NCBI GenBank assembly: GCA_963747235.1
Contig: CAVVEU010000040.1
Coordinates: forward strand, 512,001-576,000
Length of the DNA: 64,000 nt
DNA from: an uncultured Candidatus Rokubacteria bacterium
GTDB taxonomy: Bacteria; Methylomirabilota; Methylomirabilia; Rokubacteriales; CSP1-6
Direction: 5' to 3'
The notes below the pieces were generated by a model. That model did no database searches, had not been told where the DNA came from, and was given only the letters and a program-made list of their open reading frames with translations. The position numbers and the translations under genes are program-made. Below, one piece after another: positions 1 to 9,367 of the stretch; the first letter of the stretch is position 1; each line of letters opens with the position of its first letter.

Positions 1-1174
1 GTGGCCCGGGGCGTCGAGGTGATCGAGCGCAATGCCCAGACCCAGGCCCAGCTCATCGAGGACATCCTCGACGCCTCGCGCGTGATCACCGGCAGCCTGC
101 GCCTCAACCGCGGCCCGGTGGACCTGGCCACCGTGATCAATGCCGCGGCCGACTCGGTGCGGCTGGGCGCGGAGGCCAAGGGCATCCAGCTCGCGGTGAT
201 CCTCGATCCCGCCGCGCGCCACCTCACCGGCGACGCAAGCCGTCTCCAGCAGGTGGTCTGGAACCTGCTCGCGAACGCCATCAAGTTCACCGCCGCCGGC
301 GGCCGGGTGGAGGTGCGGCTCGAGCGGGCGGGCGGCCAGGCCCAGATCACGGTCACCGATACCGGGGAAGGCGTCGCGGCCGAGTTCCTCCCCTTCATCT
401 TCGACCGCTTCCGCCAGGCCGACGCGACCATCACGCGGCGCCACGGTGGCCTGGGCCTGGGCCTCGCCATCGTCCGCAACCTCGTCGAGCTGCACGAGGG
501 CAGCGTCCAGGCCGAGAGCGCGGGCGAGGGCTACGGCGCCTCGTTCATCGTGCGGCTGCCCCTGGCCGAGACGGTCGAGGGCGCGCGGACCGGTCGCCGC
601 CGCCGCCGACGGCAATCGGCCGGCCCTGCAGGGGACGCAGATCCTGGTGGTGGACGACGACCAGGACGCGCTCGACATGCTCACGGTCGTGCTCACCGAG
701 GCGGGCGCGGCGGTGCGCACCGCCGCCTCCGCGACGGAGGCGCTGGCCCTGCTGCGCTGGATCCGGCCGGACGTGCTGGTCTCGGACCTCGCGATGCCCG
801 ACGAGGACGGGTACTCCCTGATCCGCAACCTCCGGGCGATCGAGCGCGCGAGCGGGCGCGAGACCCCCGCGGTGGCCCTCACCGCCTATGTGCGCGTCCA
901 GGACCGCGCCCGCGCGGAGGCCGCCGGCTTCAACGTGTTCGTGGAGAAGCCGGTGGATCCCGAGGAGCTGATCGCGGTTCTCGCGGGGATCGCCGAGTCG
1001 CGCGGGGGGAAGTCGCCGCGGGCCCCGACGAGCGGCCTCGCCCTCGGCCACGAGCTGAGCCGCGGGCCAGCCTGCCCGAGGGCATCCGGGCAGGTCGGCC
1101 GCCGTCACTCCGTAGACGCTACAGCATCTCCTTGCGGGCCTGCTTGGCCCGCGCCGCGCCGATGGCGGTCTTGA
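1..1174 (+). CDS. Hybrid sensor histidine kinase/response regulator, C-terminal part (5' truncated by the window; frameshift near 595)
   Basis: HATPase boxes (NLLANAIKFT, DTGEG, FDRFRQAD, GGLGLGL) in ORF 1..1263, followed by a receiver domain (ILVVDDD, DVLVSDLAMP, ALTAY, KP) in ORF 446..1174. True 3' end uncertain. Confidence 0.85.
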
Positions 1175-1712
1175 CCTCGCGCTCCTCCTCGGGCGGCGGC
1201 AGCACCGCCGGGAGGCCGAGCGACGCGATCCACAGCTCCCGCGTCCATCCCTGCGTGTGGTAGAGGTGCTCGTCCTCGTCCTCCTCCACGTCTTCCACCG
1301 CCTGCTTGAGCGCCTTGCCCTTCTCCCCCTTGACCGCGTCGGAGGCCTGGTGGAGCAGCTCCCAGTTCAGGTGGTCCTTCGTCTCCGCCTCCACCACGCA
1401 CTCGGCGGCCACGAGCTGCGCGGCCTCCGGATTGCCGGACTCGAGCGCCATCTCCATCGCCCGCACCAGCGACTCCCCGATGTGGCGCACCACCCGGCGG
1501 CCCGGCGTGTCCGCTTCGGGATCGAGCTCGAACGCCTCGAACACCCGCAGCACGCTCCGCTCGTGCCGGCGGGTCTGCTCCAGATACTCCTGCCACTCCT
1601 CCTTCAGCTCCTCGTTGACGACGCAGCGCAGCGCCGTCTCGTACACCTGGATCCCGCCCTGCTCCGTCTCCAGGGCCTGGTACAGCAACTCGTTGAGCTG
1701 TTCGGTCTTCAT
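1119..1712 (-). CDS. Ferritin-like (DUF892/YciF-like) stress protein
   Basis: 197 aa acidic helical protein with E..H-type diiron ligands (EQTRRHE, ETKDH, EDEH). Confidence 0.75.
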   Translation of the reverse strand: MKTEQLNELLYQALETEQGGIQVYETALRCVVNEELKEEWQEYLEQTRRHERSVLRVFEAFELDPEADTPGRRVVRHIGESLVRAMEMALESGNPEAAQLVAAECVVEAETKDHLNWELLHQASDAVKGEKGKALKQAVEDVEEDEDEHLYHTQGWTRELWIASLGLPAVLPPPEEEREVKTAIGAARAKQARKEML

Positions 1713-2227
1713 GACGATGCTTCGTCGTCTCCCTGACGGGCGGTACGTGGTTTCGTCGCTGGAATACGGCGTCTATCCCCGGCGCCCGGCCTTCTCCGTC
1801 TTGCTTCGCGCATCTCCCGGCCCGCCTCCTCGAGGCGCGCCCGGTCCCAGAGCTGGCCGATCCGCGGGAAGATGTCCTGCTCCTCCTGCCGGATGTGATT
1901 CTCGAGCGCGGCCTTGATCTGCCGCACGGTGGCCAGCCAGCGCCCGTCGTGCGGGTCGAGGCCCTCGGTCTCCTTGATCAGGCCCTCGACCTCGTACACC
2001 TCGTCCTGATGGCGGTCCGACACCCACTCGGACAGCGCGCGATCCGACGCGCCGTCCCGGGCGAGCGGCCCGTAGAGGCACTGCTCCTCGATCTTCTCGT
2101 GGGCCTTCAACTCCGGCTTCAGCTCGCTCCAGAGCGCGCCCCGCGCCTCGGGCGCGGCGGCCACCAGCGTCTCGAACGCGCGCTTCGCCTTCTGGTGCTC
2201 CCGCTGGAGAAACTCGATCGCGTCCAT
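1709..2227 (-). CDS. Hemerythrin (HHE) domain protein
   Basis: MDAIEFLQREH...HEKIEE...H...HIRQEEQDIFP, with an AGGAG RBS upstream. The true stop may be the TAG at 1773 via an indel. Confidence 0.8.
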   Translation of the reverse strand: MDAIEFLQREHQKAKRAFETLVAAAPEARGALWSELKPELKAHEKIEEQCLYGPLARDGASDRALSEWVSDRHQDEVYEVEGLIKETEGLDPHDGRWLATVRQIKAALENHIRQEEQDIFPRIGQLWDRARLEEAGREMREARRRRPGAGDRRRIPATKPRTARQGDDEASS

Positions 2228-2393
2228 GGCGGTCTCCTTTTCGGAGAGAAGCCAAAGCATTTCGCGTGCTAGATGCGCGGGTGGCGGAGGAGGCCGTTGC
2301 GCGGCCGGATGAGGGCCGCGCCCGGCTCCGGAGCGGTAACGCTTACCGGGAAGGAGCGAGGGCCCGGGAAGGTCTTACTACGCGAACTTCGGA

Positions 2394-3225
2394 TCATGGC
2401 TGGTCCTTTCGGGTCGCGAGCGGCGGATCGACGCGCCCGCCCAGGAGGGCCGAGATGGCGCGCGCGGTGGCCCGCACCTCCGCGGCGAGCGCCTTGAGCC
2501 GCGGGCGGACGCGATCGGTGGGCCCGCCGATCGCGCAGGCGCCGGCCACGCGGCCGTCGCGGTCGAAGATGGGCGCCGCGATGCCCGCCGCGCCCAGCGC
2601 CAGCTCGTCGAGGTTCACGCAGACCCCGGTCTGGCGCACGTCCTCGAGCGCGGCGCGCAGCGCGGGCAGGCTCGTCACGGTGCGGTCGGTGTAGCGCTTG
2701 AGCGGAAGCGCGCGGAGGATCCGCTCGCGCTCCGGAGCCGGGCAGGAAGGCCAGGATCACCTTGCCGCTCGAGGTGGCGTGGAGCGCCCGCCGATCGCCC
2801 ACCCCCGCGGCGTAGCGGATGACCTGCTCGCTCTCGACCTTGTCCACGAAGACCACCGCGGTGCCGTCGCCGCCGAGGGCCCCGAGGAAGACGGTCTCCC
2901 CGGTGCGCTGCATCAGCGCCCGCAGCGCGGGCCGCGCGATCTCCGGCCACGCGCGGTGGGCGGGCGAGCCCATTCCCTGCTCGAGCGCCTTCGGGCCGAG
3001 CCGGTACTCGCCGAGCTGCCCCTGCTCGAGATAGCCCCGGGCGGTCAGGGTGCGCAGCAGCGGGAGCAGGCTGCTCTTCGGCGCCTCGAGCTGCGCGCTC
3101 AGCTCGCGCAGGGCCAGCCCCTCGCGGGTGCGGACAACGAGTTCGAGGATGTCCATCACGCGCCCGGCCGCGCGATGGGCGCCGGTGGCCGCGCCGTGAC
3201 GCTCGCGGACCGCGCCGGTGGTCAC
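2394..3225 (-). CDS. IclR family transcriptional regulator (frameshift near 2740)
   Basis: N-terminal HTH (LRELSAQLEAPKSSLLPLLRTL..GYL), HATSSGKVILAF, and a C-terminal effector domain GIAAPIFDRDGRVAGA in the second frame. Confidence 0.88.
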
Positions 3226-4424
3226 GCGCGCCCCGCCGGCACCTCGAAGCCGAAGAAGCGCGCCGCGTTGAGCCCGAGCACGTTGGCCCGCGCGGTCTCC
3301 GACAGGTGACCCATGGTGCGCTCGATCGCCTGAGCCGAATGCGGCCAGGTGCCCTCGTGGTGCGGGTAGTCGTTGCCCCACATGAAGCGGTCGGCCAGGC
3401 GCATGGGCTCGGCGAGCGCGAGCCCGGCCGGGTCCTCCTGGAACGACGCCCAGCAGTGCTCCCGGTAATACTCGCTCGGCAGGCGCTTGAGCTTCGGCCG
3501 CACCCAGAAGTGGTGCTTCTTGTAGGCCTCGTCCATCGCGCCCAGGAACCAGGCGATCCAGCCGATACCCGCCTCGATGGTCGCCGCGCGCAGGCGCGGG
3601 AACCGCTCGAACACGCCGGAGGCGCAGAGGTTGGCCACCGGCTCGATGGTGGGCGAGAGCGAGTGCGAGACGTAGTTGATCACCGCGCCGCCGTTGCCGC
3701 GCGCGGCGCGCGGGTCGCGCCCGGTCGAGACGTGGAAGGTCACCGGCAGGTTCACGTCCTGGATCACGCTCCAGAGCGGGTCGAACATCGGCAGGTTGTA
3801 GTTCGGGTGATCCACGTCGTGCCCGCCCCAGATCGGCTTGCACGGCAGCGTGAGCACGCGGAAGCCGAGCTTCGCCACGCGCTTCACCTCGGCGATGGAG
3901 CCCTCCAGATCGCCGGTGGCCAGCGCGGCCGCCGGAGCCATGCGGTCGCGGAAGGGGCCGAAGGTCTCGTGCGCCCAGTCGTTGTAGACGCGGCACTGGG
4001 CCATGGCGAAGACGGAATCGGGCGTGGCCCACATCGCGAGGCCCTTGTTGGGGAAGATCACCTCGATGTCGATGCCGTCCCGGTCCATGTCGGCCAGGCG
4101 CTCCACCGGATCGGCGCCCACCCGCTGGCGGAGCCCGTCCTCGCCCTCGAGGGCGTCGGTGCGCAGGCGGTCCGGCCGGTGGCCCTCGGAGACGCGCCAC
4201 TTCACACCGTTCTCGTCGGTGATCACCTTGGGCACGCGCGCCCGGTACTTCTCCTCGATCCGCGTCGCCCAGAGGTCGTGGGGCTCGTTGGCGTGGCAGT
4301 CCGCCGAGACCATGAAGTACTTCCGCGGATCGTCGGGGCGGGCGCTGCGGGGCCAGCCCGCGTGCCCGGGCGTCGTGAGCCGCCACTGGTTGGGCTCGTT
4401 GACCACGATGTCGGTGGGCGTCAT
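3222..4424 (-). CDS. Amidohydrolase_2 family metal-dependent hydrolase/decarboxylase
   Basis: SADCH, YNDW, FH, IEAGIGW and WGNDYPHHEGTWP motifs. Confidence 0.9.
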   Translation of the reverse strand: MTPTDIVVNEPNQWRLTTPGHAGWPRSARPDDPRKYFMVSADCHANEPHDLWATRIEEKYRARVPKVITDENGVKWRVSEGHRPDRLRTDALEGEDGLRQRVGADPVERLADMDRDGIDIEVIFPNKGLAMWATPDSVFAMAQCRVYNDWAHETFGPFRDRMAPAAALATGDLEGSIAEVKRVAKLGFRVLTLPCKPIWGGHDVDHPNYNLPMFDPLWSVIQDVNLPVTFHVSTGRDPRAARGNGGAVINYVSHSLSPTIEPVANLCASGVFERFPRLRAATIEAGIGWIAWFLGAMDEAYKKHHFWVRPKLKRLPSEYYREHCWASFQEDPAGLALAEPMRLADRFMWGNDYPHHEGTWPHSAQAIERTMGHLSETARANVLGLNAARFFGFEVPAGRA

Positions 4425-4867
4425 GGCGTCATCCTCCACTGGACGAGCGTGAACGGCGGCGTGGCCTCGTCGTGCGGCTCGAACACCGCCTCGACCGGCC
4501 CGCCGATCTGGACTGCTTGCCGGGGATCTCCGAGCAGGTTGCCGAGCATCCGCACGCCGCCCGCGTCGGGCAGCTCCACCAGCACCACGATGTACGGCCC
4601 GTGATCCTTCAAGGCCGGGTGCACCGGATGCCAGGCGCGCTCCCACGAATAGATGCGGCCGCGCGGGGCCACCGTCACCCATTCGAGATCGAAGGCGAGA
4701 CAGCGATGGCAGATCCACTCCGGCCCCCACTGCCAGCCGTGGCAGGCGCGGCAGCGCTGGATCCGCAGCTCCCCCGCCCGCGTGCCCTCCCAGTACGGCC
4801 GGTCGAGGCCGTCGGGCTCGGCGACGGGGCGCGGCATCCCCGCGGGCAGATAGCTGGTCGCGCTCAC
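4421..4867 (-). CDS. DUF35 Zn-ribbon/OB-fold protein (thiolase partner)
   Basis: QRCRAC...WICHRC zinc ribbon, GRIYSW, PYIVVLVEL; overlaps both neighbours by 4 bp. Confidence 0.88.
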   Translation of the reverse strand: MSATSYLPAGMPRPVAEPDGLDRPYWEGTRAGELRIQRCRACHGWQWGPEWICHRCLAFDLEWVTVAPRGRIYSWERAWHPVHPALKDHGPYIVVLVELPDAGGVRMLGNLLGDPRQAVQIGGPVEAVFEPHDEATPPFTLVQWRMTP

Positions 4868-6048
4868 CGGATTGCCTCCGTGCCCAGCAGCATGCTGGAG
4901 ACCGGCGTCACCATCGGGCCGGAGATGACCAGCGCGGTCCGCGCCCCCGGCACCTGGTTGGGCGACTCGCCGCGGAGCTGGCGCACCGCCTCGATCTGCA
5001 GCTCGAGCCCGTGCATGTAGCACTCGGCGAGATTGCCGCCGCTGGTGTTCAGCGGCAGCCGGCCGGCGGGCGCGATCAGGTTCTCCGGCGTGAGGAAGTC
5101 GTTGGCCTCCTCGGGCGCGAAGAAGCCGTGCTCCACCAGGCTCATGAGCACGCCGCCGGTGAAGTTCTCGTAGCTCTGGACCACGTCCACGTCCTTCGGC
5201 CCCAGGCCCGCCATCTCCCAGAGATGCGGCGCCACCGTGGTGAAGCTCGAGCTGGCGTAGACCGGCGCGTTGTGGCCGCGCGCCGCGTTGCGGTGCTCGG
5301 AGCCCTGCGCGACACCCAGGACGTACGCGGGAGGCCGGCGCAGGTCGCGCCCACGCTCCGCGGAGACCAGCACGAGCGCGGCGGCGCCGTCGTTCTCCAT
5401 GCAGCAGTCGAAGAGGCGGAAGGGCTCGACGATCCAGCGCGAGGCGTCGTAGGCCTCCGCGGTCAGCGGCCGCCCGTGCATGACCGCTCTGGGGTTGGCC
5501 TGCGCATGATGGTAGGAGGCCAGCGCGATCGCCCGCTGCGCCTCCTGGCGCACCCCGTGATCGTGCATGAAGCGCATCACGCGCATCGCGAAGCGCTGCG
5601 CGGGCGAGATGAGCCCGTACGGGAAGGTGAGCGCGGCCTCGCCGCTGACGGTGCCGCCGGGCGGGGCGGCGCCGAAGCGCTGGAACTGGCCCTGGGCGAG
5701 CGCGCGGAAGACCACGACGCAATCGGCGTACCCCGCGGCCACCGCGGCCGCCGCGTTGCCCACCGCCGCCGAGCCCCCGCCCCCGCCGCCGCCCCACTGC
5801 ATGTTCGAGAAGCGCAGCTCGGGCAGGCCGAGGGCGGCGGCCAGCCGCGAGGGATCGTTGCGGTCGTTGCTGTAGGAGGCGAAGCCGTCCACCTGCCTCG
5901 GGTCGATCCCCGCGTCCTCGCAGGCTCGGAGGATGGCCTGGAGCGCCAGGGCGAACTCGGACTCGGGCGCCCGGCCGTGCTTGTAGTAGGTCGTCTCCCC
6001 CACCCCGACGACCGCGACCTGCCCTCGGATGGTCCGCTCCCGGGTCAT
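4864..6048 (-). CDS. SCP2/Ltp2-like thiolase-family protein
   Basis: VAVVGVGET, DCCMENDGAAA, YENFT, NTSGGNLAECYMHG. Confidence 0.88.
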   Translation of the reverse strand: MTRERTIRGQVAVVGVGETTYYKHGRAPESEFALALQAILRACEDAGIDPRQVDGFASYSNDRNDPSRLAAALGLPELRFSNMQWGGGGGGGSAAVGNAAAAVAAGYADCVVVFRALAQGQFQRFGAAPPGGTVSGEAALTFPYGLISPAQRFAMRVMRFMHDHGVRQEAQRAIALASYHHAQANPRAVMHGRPLTAEAYDASRWIVEPFRLFDCCMENDGAAALVLVSAERGRDLRRPPAYVLGVAQGSEHRNAARGHNAPVYASSSFTTVAPHLWEMAGLGPKDVDVVQSYENFTGGVLMSLVEHGFFAPEEANDFLTPENLIAPAGRLPLNTSGGNLAECYMHGLELQIEAVRQLRGESPNQVPGARTALVISGPMVTPVSSMLLGTEAIR

Positions 6049-6084
6049 TTCCCCTGGCCCTCCGCGCTCCGGCTGGAGTCGCCC

Positions 6085-6152
6085 ATTCACATTACCGAAT
6101 ACCATTCCGCATTCGGCACGAGCACCTTAGTCGAGGCGCCCCGGCTTGTCAC
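6085..6152 (-). promoter_or_regulatory. Sigma70-like promoter with putative IclR operator for the thiolase operon
   Basis: Minus strand GTGACA-N17-TAAGGT (6152..6124); AT-rich imperfect palindromes ATTCACATTACCGAAT (6085-6100) and ATTCCGCATTCGGCAC (6104-6119) just downstream. Confidence 0.5.
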
Positions 6153-6173
6153 GCCCGATCTGCGGGCGCGCCC

Positions 6174-6611
6174 TCAGTGCGGCGAGCCCGAGGACACGGG
6201 CAGGAACGGCTCGTGCGCGCGGACCCACGGCACGTCCAGGCGACGGAGCAGCCGCTCGACGACGGGCTCGTCGGGCACGAGCAGGCGGCCGCCGGCCACC
6301 GCGAGGGCAGCATGGAGCCGGCCGACCTCGAGCGCCACGCGCAGCCCCTCGCGCGGGGTCCGCGGCGTGATCGCCAGCAGCGCCTCGGGCGCGGCCTCCA
6401 CCGTCACGTACCACCCGGGCCCCACGTGCAGCACGCGGCCGGGCACGAGCACGTCGCCCGCGGGGAGCGCGAGCGTGAAGACGCGCCCGGCCCGCGTGAC
6501 CACGCGGCGCCGGGCGCGCCGGCGCTCCTGCGCGGTCAGCTCGACCGCGTCCGCCTCGAGCCCGGCCAGCTCCCGCGCGTCGGGCGCGGGAGGCAGGGCC
6601 GCGATCAGGAT
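6174..6611 (-). CDS. ureE: UreE-like nickel metallochaperone (start codon uncertain)
   Basis: LTAQERRRARRRVVTRAGRVFTLALP...EAAPEALLAI...ALEVGRLH...LLVPDEPVVERLLRRL...EPFLP..H matches the UreE_N/UreE_C layout. Confidence 0.65.
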   Translation of the reverse strand: MLIAALPPAPDARELAGLEADAVELTAQERRRARRRVVTRAGRVFTLALPAGDVLVPGRVLHVGPGWYVTVEAAPEALLAITPRTPREGLRVALEVGRLHAALAVAGGRLLVPDEPVVERLLRRLDVPWVRAHEPFLPVSSGSPH

Positions 6612-7303
6612 CGCGTCTCCCGCGCCGATTCGAGATGCTCCCGCCAGTAGTGATGCGTCTTCGCCACCACCGTGATCACGCTCTTGACCTGGTCCTCGAG
6701 GGCGAACCCCGGGCCGGCCGGCACGAGGAGCCGCGGGCCCTCCATCCGCGCGTCCACGTTCTCCAGGATGATGGTGGCGCAGAGCCAGGCCGCCATGCGC
6801 GGGCTCGCGCACGTGATCGCGATCCACCCCGGCTCGGCCGGCCCCGCCGGCTCGGTCGCGAGCCCGGTCGTCTCCTCGATCCCGCGCCGGAGCTCGGCCG
6901 AGATCTCGGGCGTCGACGCGGCGGCGCGATCTCCGATCGCGGGGCCGCGCAGCGCCTGGAGCGCGCCGCGCTGCGGCGGGCCGCCGTGGAGCGCCAGATC
7001 GCAGAACGTGGTCCACATCGCGCCCCAGTCCGGCCGCCCGTCGCGGCGCCAGACGAACGGGGCCGACGCCATCGCGTCCGGATCCGGCGCCTCAACGTCG
7101 CGGATCTGACCGGGGCCGCGGCGGAGCACGGGCTGGACCGCGTCCAGCGTCTCGATGGGCACCGCGGCCAGCGTCACCGGCATCCCCGCGCGCTGGGCGA
7201 GCGCCGCGGCCGCGTCATCGCAGGCGGCCCGCGCGCCGGCGGGCACGCTCGCATCCACGATCAGCACGATGCGGCCCGCGATGTCGTCCATCTGATCCGC
7301 CAT
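6605..7303 (-). CDS. Hypothetical protein with FCDLALxGGPP and KTHHYW motifs
   Basis: 232 aa ORF with host-like codon usage; its stop overlaps the ureE-like ORF. Confidence 0.7.
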   Translation of the reverse strand: MADQMDDIAGRIVLIVDASVPAGARAACDDAAAALAQRAGMPVTLAAVPIETLDAVQPVLRRGPGQIRDVEAPDPDAMASAPFVWRRDGRPDWGAMWTTFCDLALHGGPPQRGALQALRGPAIGDRAAASTPEISAELRRGIEETTGLATEPAGPAEPGWIAITCASPRMAAWLCATIILENVDARMEGPRLLVPAGPGFALEDQVKSVITVVAKTHHYWREHLESARETRS

Positions 7304-7348
7304 GTGCGCGGATCATAGCATCGCCCGCGACGCGCGCCGCGCCGCCCG

Positions 7349-8146
7349 CTACGGGAGGAGCGCGAGCTGGCGGGACTGGGCCACGAGGGCGCCGGTCGAG
7401 TCCCAGATCTCGAAATCTTCCTCGTGGTAGCCGCCGATGACGAAGCGGGTGGCGACGCGGCACGCGAGCCAGCCCGGCGCCGGGTGGCCCCGCAGGTGCA
7501 CGGTCAGCTCGATCGTCGCGGAGGCGGTCTCGCCGAGCTCGAGCACGGGCGGCGCGGCCGCGTCCACCAGCGAGGCCAGGCTCAGCAGATCGGGCTCGCG
7601 CCCGTCGCGATACCGCATCCAGAACTCCTGGCTCGGCCGCCCACTCGGCTTGCCCTGTGCCCAGCCCGGCCACGCCGCGGCGCGATACTCCACGCGCTGG
7701 GCGATCGAGAGCTCGGGGATGACGCGACCGCCCATGAGGTCCAGCGCCTGATCCGGCGGCGGCAGCTCCGGCCGGGCCGCGAGCACCACCGTGCGGCCCG
7801 CCGCCTGGCGCAGATCCGAGAAGGCCGCCGTCACGCGCACGGACTCCTTGCCGTCCTGGTAGAGCGTCGCCTCGCCGGTGGCGATGCGGCGCCCGCTCCG
7901 GATGACCGCGGTCCGCACCTCGGCGGGACCCGGCAACACCGGGCGCAGGAAGAACGCCGAGACCACGAGCGGATCGGGCGCCGGCATGACGCGCGTGAGG
8001 GCCTGGAGACACACGCCCATGACGTAGCCGCCGTTGGGCCGCCCGCCCAGCACGTTCCAGCGGTCCGTGATGGCCGCCGCGAACCGGTGGTCCGCGACGG
8101 CCTCCACCGCGGTGTCGACGTCGAACTCGTGGAGCGCCGCGCTCAC
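7349..8146 (-). CDS. Acyl-CoA thioesterase (TesB-like double hot-dog)
   Basis: W...PNGGY, VIRSGRRIAT, TIELTVH, EEDFEIWDSTGALVAQSRQLA. Confidence 0.88.
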   Translation of the reverse strand: MSAALHEFDVDTAVEAVADHRFAAAITDRWNVLGGRPNGGYVMGVCLQALTRVMPAPDPLVVSAFFLRPVLPGPAEVRTAVIRSGRRIATGEATLYQDGKESVRVTAAFSDLRQAAGRTVVLAARPELPPPDQALDLMGGRVIPELSIAQRVEYRAAAWPGWAQGKPSGRPSQEFWMRYRDGREPDLLSLASLVDAAAPPVLELGETASATIELTVHLRGHPAPGWLACRVATRFVIGGYHEEDFEIWDSTGALVAQSRQLALLP

Positions 8147-8454
8147 CCCGCCATCTCGCGCAGCCGCGTGAGTCCGACGACTTCGAGCAGCGTGAACAGT
8201 AGCACCGCGGCGGCCACCGCGGCCACCGCCTCGACCCGGCTGACCGTGACGCGCGCGGCGTTGTACAGCAGGGCGCCCGCGTAGACCACCAGGAGGGCGC
8301 CGACCACCCGCGCGATGCCCGGACCGGCCAGGCCCATGAGCGCGGAGATGTGCCGGGCGGCGGCCAGCAGCAGGATCCCGCACAGACCCGAGGCGATACC
8401 GTCGAGCTGGAGACTCCGGCGGAGAAATGTCGTGCGGTCCGTGGGCGCGCTCAT
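8143..8454 (-). CDS. Small integral membrane protein
   Basis: FLRRSLQLDGIASG followed by about 3 hydrophobic helices; GAGGAG RBS. Confidence 0.7.
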   Translation of the reverse strand: MSAPTDRTTFLRRSLQLDGIASGLCGILLLAAARHISALMGLAGPGIARVVGALLVVYAGALLYNAARVTVSRVEAVAAVAAAVLLFTLLEVVGLTRLREMAG

Positions 8455-8546
8455 CGGGGCTCTCCTCGGGTCGGGGTAGTGTACTTCGCTTCGGGCAAGC
8501 CGGTCGCGCGAGGCATCTGCCGCTCCGTCACCGTTGCGTTGACCAT
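8451..8546 (-). CDS. Putative 31-aa small ORF (MVNATVTERQMPRATGLPEAKYTTPTRGEPR)
   Basis: GAGGAG RBS 6 nt before the ATG; its stop overlaps the next ATG (ATGA). Below the ORF-track size cutoff. Confidence 0.35.
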   Translation of the reverse strand: MVNATVTERQMPRATGLPEAKYTTPTRGEPR

Positions 8547-8578
8547 GCTGATCTCCTCGCGGGACGGGCATGGCCGCA

Positions 8579-8595
8579 ATTACCCGGGAGGTAAT
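8579..8595. promoter_or_regulatory. Perfect 6-5-6 operator-like palindrome ATTACC-CGGGA-GGTAAT
   Basis: AT-rich inverted repeat in a divergent intergenic region. Confidence 0.55.
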
Positions 8596-8630
8596 GCCCG
8601 ACTTCAGCGCGGGTGTAGGCTCTAGTCATC

Positions 8631-9353
8631 ATGCTCGCGCTGGCCCGACGCTTCGATTTCGAGCGGGACACGTTCACGTTTCCGAACGAGCTCGTGTGGG
8701 AGTACCACTTCGACGCGGCGTTGGGTCAGACCCGCGCGGTCCGCCGCCGGCCGGCGCCCCGCTACGCGCTCCGCTGCTTCGTGCTGGTCCGCGCCGCGCG
8801 ACAGTTCTTCTATCACGCGCGGTTCGAGCCGGCGGAGCCGCCCGCCGACGACCTCACGTATCGGCGATTGATCCGCGCCGTGCTCGTCCGGCCCCCACGG
8901 CGACCGTCTCCGCCCGAGGAGCGCGTGGTCATCCCGGGCTACGCGGGGCTGCGGGAGCTCAGCGCGGCGCGCGAGCCGGTCGTGAAGGCGGCCTGCGGCG
9001 GGGCGTGGCGGTCCTACGTGCAGCACAGCCACTGGCGGATCGTGGTCCCGGTCTCGCGCGCGCACCAGCACCGCACCGCGGGCGAGCTCCTGAACGCGGT
9101 CGCGGATCACAGCGCGCCGCTCGTCCACCTGCTCCGCTTCCCGTCGCTCGCCATCAACCACGGGATGGTGGTGTTCGAGGGCGCGCGCACGAGCGAAGGG
9201 GCTCAGTTCCTCGCCTACGACCCGAACGACCCGGAGCGCCCGGCGCGCCTCACGTATGACCGGGAGCGCCGGAGCTTCTCGCTGCCCGCGAATCGTTACT
9301 GGCACGGCGGCGCGCTCAACGTCTTCGAGATCTTCCGCCGCTGGTACCTCTAG
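8631..9353 (+). CDS. Hypothetical protein, possible papain-like (C39-like) Cys hydrolase
   Basis: FDFERDTFTFPN...RC...NHGMVVF...YDPNDP. Confidence 0.7.
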   Translation: MLALARRFDFERDTFTFPNELVWEYHFDAALGQTRAVRRRPAPRYALRCFVLVRAARQFFYHARFEPAEPPADDLTYRRLIRAVLVRPPRRPSPPEERVVIPGYAGLRELSAAREPVVKAACGGAWRSYVQHSHWRIVVPVSRAHQHRTAGELLNAVADHSAPLVHLLRFPSLAINHGMVVFEGARTSEGAQFLAYDPNDPERPARLTYDRERRSFSLPANRYWHGGALNVFEIFRRWYL

Positions 9354-9367
9354 CCGGCCGCGGCCGG

